A stretch of DNA of 64,000 nt from Octopus sinensis (taxonomy: Eukaryota): contig NC_043009.1 of the NCBI RefSeq assembly GCF_006345805.1, forward strand, positions 42,842,001 to 42,906,000. Reading direction: 5' to 3'. Shown here piece by piece: positions 53,574 through 64,000 of this stretch. The position numbers and the translations under genes were made by a program. Below the pieces are notes generated by a model. That model ran no database searches. It saw only the letters and a list, made by a program, of their open reading frames with translations, and was not told where the DNA came from. Position 1 is the stretch's first letter, and each line of letters begins with the position of its first letter.

Positions 53574-56500
53574 AAGAGAGAGAGAGAGAGAGGGGGGTAG
53601 AAAGTGACATTGCTAGATAGTTAACAAGTTTGCTTTGGAGCCACATAAGACTGCCTATGTGTCTGTGTAACTCTGCTTGTATGCATATGTATGTATGTAT
53701 CTCTTTCATTGCTCACACACACACACACACATATATACATATATATATATACACACAGACATATATATATATATGTACATAGACATATATCTTTACATAC
53801 ATACACATATGTGTATGTATGTAAATGTATATATCTATACATATGTATACACACACATATACATATATGCATAAGTATATATGTATATACATAAGCGTAT
53901 CTATCTATATATATATAGATTTATGCCTTTATCCCTGTGTACATGTGTAATGTATATACATCATTATACATATATATATTATATATATATATATCTATAT
54001 ATATATATATATATATACATATATAAAGATGTATACACATCATGCACACACATACATTATATATATGTACATATATACACACAACCACACATAATATATA
54101 TATTATATATATATATATAATATATATATATATAATACACACACATATGCACACATGTATCAGTGTATATGTGTGTGTGTGCCACTGTATGTGTGTGTAT
54201 GTATGCACACATACATACACTCTAATATATTTATTGATACAAAGTGCAAGTGTTTATATTTTATGACAGAAAAAAATAAACAAAAACACAAACAAAAATA
54301 AAAACATATCCAAACAACCACGATATATACAAAAAACTATATATACATATATATATGCATATATATATATATATCTATATATATATATATATATCAATCA
54401 TGTTTTTTTTTTCCTGCCTTTCAAAAAAATGACAGTGGTTACATAATAACTTCAACTTCAAAAAATATTTAGAATATTTCTATGATTTTTTAGAATTTAT
54501 ATCATCTTTAAGATGAAAGGATATTTTATGTAAAACCCTTTTTTTTTTAGATATCGTTGTTGTTGTTTTTGGTGTTGTTTGTATTTGCTTTGATTCAGTG
54601 TGGGTGTACCTGCTACGTTATATGTTCTTCTTTTCTCAGTTTTTTTTCTCTAAATATTGATATATAGATAAAAATGAAATAACTAAATGAATAAATAAAT
54701 AAATACAAAGTTGGATTTATTTTTCTTTTTTTTTCTTTTTGTTTTTGGTTACCCATGATGCAATAATTTCACATAGGTATCCCCGTTTTATGTGTCGTTA
54801 AGAATATTTACACATTGAAGTTCAACATAGTTTGCCTTTTGCAGTCGACCTGTGTAGTTTCAGTGTTAGCTAAACATACTTTATATTAATTTTCATTATT
54901 ATTATTATTGTTGTTCTTGTTGTTGTTGTTTTTATCATCATAATCATCATCATCATGGTAAACATTATCATCATCATCATCATCATCATCACCACCACCA
55001 CCACCACCATCATCATCACCATTGTCATGGACATCATCGACGTCATCGTTGACTTCGTTGGCATCATCCATCACCATCTTCGTAATCTTCATCACTCTCA
55101 TTATCCTCATTGTCATCATCATCATCATCACCAGCAGCAGCAGCAGCAGCATCGGTGCCATCTTCATCATTGCCATCGTCATCATCATTGTCATCATCAT
55201 GATCATCATCATCGTCATCGTCATCATCGTGATCACCAGCAGCAGCATCGTTGCAATCTTCATCATTGCCATCGTCATCATCATCATCATCAGCAGCAGC
55301 ATCCTTGCCATCTTCATCATTGCCATCGTCATCATCATTGACATCATCATCGTCATCGTCATCATCCTCATCAGCAGCAGCAGCAGCATCATTGCCATCT
55401 TCATCATCATCGTCGTCATCATCATCGTCGTCGTTATCATCGTCATCATCATCAGCAGCAGCAGCAGCGTTGCCATCTTCATCATTGCTATCATCATCAT
55501 TGTCGTCATCATCATCATCATTGTCGTCGTCGTCATCATCATCATCATCATAACCAGTATCATTATCATTATAACTACTTGTAATATTAACAGCCGCAGC
55601 AGAAATATTACCAGCAACAGCAACAGCAGCAGTAGTTGTCAGCTTTTTTCTTAAGAAAATTCTCAGGGGAGTATATTCTTTCATTTGGTTTTGTATCATT
55701 TTATTTATTATCAATGTCTATAGAATTCATTGCTGTTTAACATCATTTTGGCCCCTTTGTCTAATTTATTTGCAGTTTATTTGTTTAAACATGAATCCTT
55801 CAGTTGATCCCAAAGAAAAGGAGCAATACGCATTGTGCTTTTGCATCCTTCTAAACAGAATGGTAACATTTGGGTAATATTAGATGAACATCAGCCATTA
55901 CCACCATCATCATAATCACCGTCATCATCACCATTATTTCCTCTATTTTTGATATTTTTGAATAAGGCGGTGAGCTGGCAGAAACATTAGCATGCCGGGC
56001 GAAATGCGTAGCCGTATTTTGTCTGCCGTTATGTTCTGGGTTCAAATTCTGCTGAGGTTGACTTTGCCTTTCATCCTTTCGGAGTCGCTAAATTAAGTAC
56101 CAGTTAAGCACTGGAGTCGATGTAATCGACTTAATCCGTTTGTCTGTCCTTGTTTGTCCCCTCTGTGTTTAGCCCCTTGTAAGTAGTAAAAAAATATATT
56201 TTTGATATACACTGAGTGGCCATGGGGGCCCAATAGGAATCAAAGGGGATCCATAGGTAAAAAATGGTTGAGAACAACTGGTCTTGGAGGTTCTGAGAAA
56301 TGGTTATGGGAACCGATCTTCCTTAGATTAAGCTATAAAACAAATAAAAAATTTTTTAAATGTAACTAATTCATAGAAATCTATTTTGATAATAAATATT
56401 CTTTTCTACTCTAAGCACAAGGCCTAGAATTTAGGGATTGACCCCAGTATGCAATTGGTACTTAATTTATCGACCCTGAAAAGATAAAAGGCAATGTGGA

Positions 56501-57546
56501 CCTCATCAGAATTTGAACTCAGAACGTAAAGACGGAAAGATGGAAACTGAAAGAAGCTCATCAGATGAAGCATTTTGCCTGACGTGCTAACGTTTCTGCC
56601 ATCTCGCCACCTTTTTGATAATAAATATTATCAGAACAATTGTTGTTATTTATACTGCTGCTGCTGCTGCTGCTGCTGTTATTATTGTTTATTTCCTGGT
56701 AAAGCAGACACTCAACCAAAATCATCCTATTTTTACCCATCACATATCATTTTTATGCATAGTGGCTGTGTGAAAAGAAGTTTGCTTCCCAACCATTGCG
56801 TGGCCCCTTGGGCAAGTGTTTTTTCTTTCCATAGCCTCAGGCCAACCAATGCCTTGTGAGTGGATTTAGTAGATGGAAACTGAAAGAAGCTCATCATATA
56901 TATATATATGTATATATCTATGTGTGTATGTCTTTGTGTATGTGTTTTCCCCACCCCTTCCTCCACTACTTGACAACTGGTATTGGTTTGTTTATGTCCC
57001 CATAGATAAAGACCAAGATATCTGGCACACTGTTGTACTCAAGAAGACCTGTCTGTCACAGTTGAATCGACACTAGTGTTGGTGTTACATAAAAAGCAGT
57101 GGTGCTGGTACCACATAAAAGGCACTGGTACTGGTACCATATAAAAAGCATTGGTATTTGTACCACATAAAAGGCACTGGTACTGGTGCCATGTAAAAAG
57201 CACTGGTACTGGTACCATATAAAAGGCACTGGTGCTGGTACCACATAAAATCATCATCATCATCATCGTCGTCGTCGTCGTTATTATCATCATCATCACC
57301 ATCATCATCAACACCATCATCTAATATCAAAGTGGCGAGTTGGCAAAACGATTAGCAGAAATTTCATCAGCCTTTACATTCTTGAGTTCAAGTTCTGCCA
57401 AGGTGGATTTTTTTACCTTTCATCCTTTCATGGTCAATAAAATGAGGACCAGTCCAGTGCTGGGGTAGATGCAATTGACTTCCTAACCCCTCAAAATTGC
57501 TGGCCTTGTAACAAAAATAAGAAAGGATTATTATTTTTATTATTAC

Positions 57547-57577
<31 letters not shown>

Positions 57578-59805
57578 GGTGGTGGCGGCGGCGGCGGTGG
57601 CGTTGGTGGTGGTGGTGGTGGTGGTGGTGGTGGTGTAGGTGCAGTTGTTGTTGTTACTACTTCATGTACGGATAGAAATCTTCCAAAACAACAATTTTGA
57701 TCTAATTTGACTTTGGGGAACCAAAACAAGAGCAACAACAACAATAACAAGAAAGTGAAGAAGGGGGAAAAAAATCGAAGAAAAAAGAAAACAAAGAAAG
57801 ACAAGAAAAATAATAGAGGGATAAAACGACACCAACAACAACAACAACAATTAAACATTTGGCTGAAATGAACTTTAGCAGTTAGTGTTGATCTTTGTTA
57901 TATTTCTGAGAGTCATTAACAGCTGCAGTGAGGTATCAAACATATAAGAGTGTCTGATCTGCACTGTACAGCGGCAGCAAAACTATTGCAGATTTGACGG
58001 TCAACCAGCTGAAACAACACCAAGGTGTGGAATATTAAAAGTCGCATCTTGGAGGAGAAGGAAAGTAATGAAAGGAAAGTAACGATGATGAGAGAATAGG
58101 TTTCAGATGAAACACCACTTGAACTTAAGCTTAGGTGCTTCTTGTTATTCTTCTCTTTGGAAGCAAACATTCTAGAATTTCCAATTGTAAAAGAATTTCA
58201 GAGTGGCCTAAGAGAAGGAATTTAGTTGCTGGTGATGACATACAAAAAGTCTAAAGTATAAGATGTTGAGACAGTAACTGCTCTTTTGTGTAATCATTAT
58301 AATTTAATGTCTGTTATCTTTGCTGGCATTGGTTGGATGGTTTGATAGGAGCTGGTATGGTTAAGGCCCACACCAGGCTCCATTGTCTGTTCTGGCATGG
58401 CTTCTATGGCTGCATGTCCTTCCAAATGACAACCACTCCACAAAGTGTACTGTGTGCTTTTTATGTAGCACCAGCACCACTGCTTTTTATGTGGTACCAA
58501 CACTAATGCTTTTTATGTGGTACCAGTACCAGTGTTTTTTATATGGCACCAGCACCAAGCCTTTTTATGTGGTACCATGATTGATGATGGTGATGATGAT
58601 GATGATGATGATGACAACGACGACAACGATGACAATGATGACAATAACAATAACAACAACTACAGCAAAAACAACACCAGCAGCAGCAACAAAATAGCAA
58701 TAATAATACTTTCTTTATTGGCCACAAGGACAGTTCAAAGACAAACAATGGTGGAGATCTACATAGCCATGTGTAAACAACAAAACAGTAATAGTTAAGA
58801 AGACAACTGCCTAAAGTTAATACACTTTCAGAAAGAGGCAGGCAAGCTATTTCTTGAGGGCAGGGAAGTGGTGGTGAATGTCTACTGCTGCTTGACCATT
58901 GTACCTTGTTCCACTTCATGGTTGACTTGAGTGCAATGCTTACTTTTTTGCTTTCTGTGCAGGGGACAGGTTCTATTTGCTGGTCAGTCAGCCCATTTGC
59001 TGTTGAGACCAGCTGTGTGGAGGCCTGGGTATGCCATGGTCAATGATGTGCAGACGTCACTGGGGGTGTGGTATTGCCAGTGATTCTTTGGTGGTGGGCA
59101 GGTGTGGTCAACATTTGTCACATTCACTCCTGACCAAGCCCTCAAGGACTTTTCCAAGTTCCACTTAAAAGGGAAGAAGAGGATGAAGAAGTAGGTGCTA
59201 CCCACCCACCAACCAGTAAATTTATTAAAATGAAAATGGGTGAATGCAGTGAGAATGGGCCTGCTCTGAGCTTGCTCCAGTGGACTGGAGATTTATGACT
59301 GGAAAGAGGTACCTGCTTGTGGTAACTTTAGCAGTTGGGGGTAACCCAAGAAAGATGAAGTTTCTTGGTTACTCCTGTATGACAGGAGAGGGGCCTTCTC
59401 TTTTGGAAAATTATATATATATAAACTAGGAACAATTCCTTCATTTTTTCTGACTAACCTTGTTATTATTACTTATATACTATTCTGTACATTGCTAAAA
59501 ATGTCCTATACATACATACATATATACATACACATATACATATATATGTATGTGATATATTATATTATATCATTTATATATATGAATATATTATTATATA
59601 TATATATATACATATGTGTGTATGTATGTGTATGTGTGTGTATGTGTGTATATATATATGTAGCTGTGTCTGGGGAGAGTCATTCTGTTTTAATGCCTTA
59701 TATATATATATATATATACTAACAATTTAACAAATAAAACATATGCATACATACATATATGTACATACCTACATCTATATGTATATATATACATGCATAT
59801 ATATA

Positions 59806-60470
59806 TCATTATATATAAAAAAATTCATTCTTATATTATTGCGGCGTTACGTGCACCCCCCCGTTTGTTTGTCCAATTTTAAACCCTGCACGACTTCTAC
59901 ACACTGTCTTTTACTACCCGCCATTGCTTCTTCACACAACTTTTTTGGCGCCCTCCGATTCTTCCCCTCTCTTCCTCCCATCTTCCACCCTCTTTGATTC
60001 CCTCTCTCTCTGTCTCTCTTTCTCTCTCTCCTGACCTGCTGCTTCTTCAACCATTTCGTTGGCTCTTCGTATCTCGACCAACATGTGTCCCCGCTACCGA
60101 AACGGTAATTATTTCTACGCCAGCTGCTATGTTGTTGTTTTGTCTCATTTGGTCTAAAGTCGTATGACAACCACCGTTATATACATTTTGTTTTTTCATT
60201 ACTGTTTTCATTTCGTTTTTGTCTCTTGTATTCACATCCGTCTTGTGCGTTCACATTCTGTCTTCTACCAAGAAATCTAATGCTTACAGCTTATTTTTTT
60301 TTCTTGGGCTGGCCGAGTTGGAGCAAATATCAGAATTGAACAGCCGAAATTTGCTATGATGATTCGGTGTCTGACTGAAGATTGAAGGCTTCGAATGATT
60401 TGTCTGTGTTCTGCGTTCGTCCCTTCCTGTATTTCACGTTCATTATATATAAAAACATTCATTCTTATAT
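59806..60470. mobile_element. ~630 bp CpG-richer insert with ~30 bp direct terminal redundancy in (TA)n; possible Penelope-like derivative
   Basis: tcattatatataaaaa(aa/ca)ttcattcttatat occurs at both ends; the insert is flanked by TA repeats. Confidence 0.5.
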
Positions 60471-62124
60471 ATATATATATATATATATATGAGTACAGGA
60501 CACCACAAATAAACGTAGAACACAACGAGAAATGAAAACATAAAAACAAACAAGGAAACGGACTTTTTTTAACAACGAAAAAACAGAGTACAAGACAAAC
60601 AATACAAGGAATATTCCCCTTCATCAGCTGCTATTTATTATCAAAATAGATTTCTATGAATTAGTTACATTTAAAAAATTTTTTATTTGTTTTATAGCTT
60701 AATCTAAGGAAGATCGGTTCCCATAACCATTTCTCAGAACCTCCAAGACCAGTTGTTCTCAACCATTTTTTACCTATGGATCCCCTTTGATTCAGCTGCC
60801 CCTGGTTCGACTCAATGCATGTGTGTGTGTGTGTGTGTATGTGTTTGTGTATTCGTAAACAGTTAATCCCAATGCATTTTTTTGCTCTTCATGTGAGCGT
60901 GTATATCTTTTGCCAGTATATATTGGTGATGGATATAAACAGCAATGTAAAAACTGTAAACCTAGTATTTCTTGAAAAAGTCTGGTAAAATAGTGATGTT
61001 CCAGTATGGTTGCAGTCAAATGATTGAAACAAGTAACAGACTAACAGAATAGAAGAATTTTATTTGCTTCACTAAACCCTTCATAGTGGTGCCCCAGCAT
61101 GGCCACATTCTAATGAAACAATTAAAAGCTAAATGATAAAGATTATATTCATCACACACACACCACCTCAATGGTTTTGGTGTTCATAACAACATGGTAA
61201 CTCAATTAATTTAATGTAACAGCCATGCTTTGTTCATTTTACAAAACCATGAAAGATTCTTGGGTAAATAAGGTATTGATGCCGTTGTTGTTTAGCCCCA
61301 GGTCTGGCAGGTTATGAAACAGATGATCAAAGATATTCCACTTATGACCATCTTCTCATTTTTTTCCCACAATCATAGTGAATAAAGACATTGTTTAATG
61401 TGTTCTTAACCCATTTTAAGATGACACAGGAAGGAATTTTGGCTGTTATTTCGAACAAGTTTCAGTGACTGCATTGAGGCTCCCTAGCTGCTTTCTGACA
61501 GATATGCTTGAATACATTAATAAATGAACAAAGGTTAAAGTTCGAAGATTTACAACTGAATTTCTCAGGCATGGCTGTGTGGTAACAAGTTCGCTTTCCA
61601 TCCTTAATGGTGGCTGGGTTCATTCCCACTGCATGACACGATGGGTAAGTGTCTTTTACTATAATCTCAGCTTGACCAAAGCCTTGTGAGTGGATTTGGT
61701 AGATGGAAGATGAAAGAAGCTAACCGCATCTGAGTGTGTGTGTGGGGGGTGTCATTGTGTTCATGTTTATCCCCCCAACACCATTTGAAAACCAGCATTG
61801 GTGTGTTTACATCCCCTTAACATTGCGGTTCAGCAAAAGAGACCAATAGAATAGTTAGTTACCAGGCTTAAAAAACATAAGTAAGTCGGGTCAATTTATT
61901 CAGCTAAAATTCTTCAACGTGGGGCCCCAGCATGGCCACAGTTTAATGACTGTAACAAACAACAAAAGATAAATAGTTATCTAGAGAAATAATTAGAATT
62001 AATTAAAACATAGGTCAGTAATATTGGCAGAGAGAGTTAGTTGATTACATCATACCCCCAATATTTCACTGGTATTTTGGTATATATATATATGTATATA
62101 TTGGTATTTCACTGGTATTTCACT

Positions 62125-62159
<35 letters not shown>

Positions 62160-63335
62160 TTTGAATGATGATGATGATGATGATTTTATTTTATAGGCCC
62201 TGAAAAGATGTAAGACAACAGAGACCTTGCTGGGATTTGAAATCAGAATGTAAAGAACCAGAATAAATATTGCGAAGTAGTTTTTGGCAAACTAATTATT
62301 CCGCCAGCTCACTGTCTTATCTATAAAATAATGGAATTGTGAATTCATTAAGTTAACTATCAATCTGAAGGAATTTAGTAATATTTATTCCATTAAATTG
62401 TATCTGGAATTTGAAGAAATTATTGGTTTAGAATCAACAAAAATTATTCTTAGTGGAATCTTTCTTCATGACATGATTTTTGATGCTTATAATGAAGTCT
62501 TAAAGGGGTTTATAGCATCTTCTTCTAAATGCTTCTGTGTTTATAAAACAAAATAAGTTGCCACAAAACTGAAAATCTTTAAAAGAAAAGATGCAAACGA
62601 AAGATTGATTAAAACGATTCAAAAATGCAGATGATAATTTCAGTGAATAGAGTTTACAGTAGGTAAAAATAAAAGAATCAGCACAAGAAAAATTGAAAGA
62701 CATCGAAAAACGATGTATTCGCGGAGAAAAATGATTTAAATAATCATATTATCTCCATCTTTTAACTCATTTTCATCAAAATCTTGTTGAAATTATTCCT
62801 GATGTATATCACTGAAACAAATACTATATGAAGAATATATAACCTCAAAGAGATTTCACTGTTTCAGATGTACGATTCTTTGCTAAGATAAGCATGAAAA
62901 TGTAAAAGGCAGCTAAAAGAGATGAAAAAACACAAAGAAGACTGGATACAGTTGTGTTTCGACATTCTTTGCTGGCAATTAAAAAAAAATTAATGTGGAT
63001 TGTCATCCCATCCCAGATATTTCTAAGTGTTCGGCATCAATGATTTTCTACAATTAAATAAGATGACTTGCAGATAAGAATCAAGAAAGAGGTCTTTTAT
63101 TTGCTGGTTTTGTTTCTCATCTTATTTATATTCATGTTTTCATATTTTGTATTTTGAAAATATTATAATATAACATATAAAGACGATCATACATACATAC
63201 ATACATGCACACATAAATACATGCGTAAATAGATGTATAACTGTATACACATGTTCCTGCAGGTTATCAATGTATATAACAAGATGTATACATACTGACA
63301 TTCATATATATATAGATATATCAATATATATATTT

Positions 63336-63398
<63 letters not shown>

Positions 63399-63735
63399 GC
63401 ATATATATATATTATATATATATATACATACATACACATCTAGAGAGAATGGTAGTGATAAATACATACATATGTGTATGTATGTATATATATATATGTA
63501 TATATATACACACACACACATACACATCTGTGCACACGTATACATATGAATGCATACCTGCCTACAGTAATTTAGGCATGTATATGAAGATCTGAGTATA
63601 GTGTGTGTGTGTGTAAGTGAGTATGTGTAAGTGAGTGTATGTGTGTGTGTGCGTGTGTGTGTGTGTGTGTGTATATACATGCATAAACTGATATGCATAT
63701 GAAATTATGTATATACATATATACGTGTACGTATA

Positions 63736-63777
<42 letters not shown>

Positions 63778-63835
63778 CATGCAGATATAAAAATATATAA
63801 TTGTATATATTCACATACATAAAGATAATAGATAC

Positions 63836-63894
<59 letters not shown>

Positions 63895-64000
63895 AGCACA
63901 TCATATTTATGCAGCATGTATGTATACATTGCATGTATATATATGTGTGTGTGTGAGTGTATCTGTGTGTATGTGTGTATATACACACACACACATACAT

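Noticed and set aside
57085-57250. Short regularly spaced repeats (ggtaccacataaaaggcactgg) resembling a CRISPR array; also 58455-58575
   Set aside because: No unique spacers, eukaryotic context, and they are internal tandem repeats of the RTE-related 3' UTR.
62560-62720. Possible mariner HTH remnant (LKRFKNADDNFSE)
   Set aside because: Match too short and degenerate to support.

Overview
AT-rich eukaryotic (metazoan) non-coding DNA. The repeat content (dense (TA)n/(CA)n/(CAT)n/(ATT)n microsatellites and high-copy tRNA-derived SINEs) looks like an octopus/cephalopod intergenic or intronic region; that assignment is my inference. I find no credible host protein-coding exon. Almost all ORFs in the track are translated microsatellites or SINE read-throughs. 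Recognisable coding relics are all dead transposons: a maT-like DD37D transposase, a mariner DD34D transposase, RTE and CR1-type LINE 3' ends, and an R4/Dong-like restriction-endonuclease domain. There are also MITEs and a non-autonomous Helitron. The notable signal is a set of type I hammerhead ribozyme (HHR) elements, most of them embedded in (TA)n tracts. (1) A 3.3-copy tandem array of a ~533 bp ORF-less unit at 51746-53533 carries one intact HHR per full unit, the architecture of a retrozyme or circular-RNA retroelement. (2) A 522 bp palindrome at 31480-32001 carries two oppositely oriented HHRs, a Penelope-like inverted pLTR structure. (3) Several degenerate HHRs occur in other palindromic or (TA)n-flanked inserts. 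Two ~150-160 bp local duplications copied from ~4 kb away were also found.
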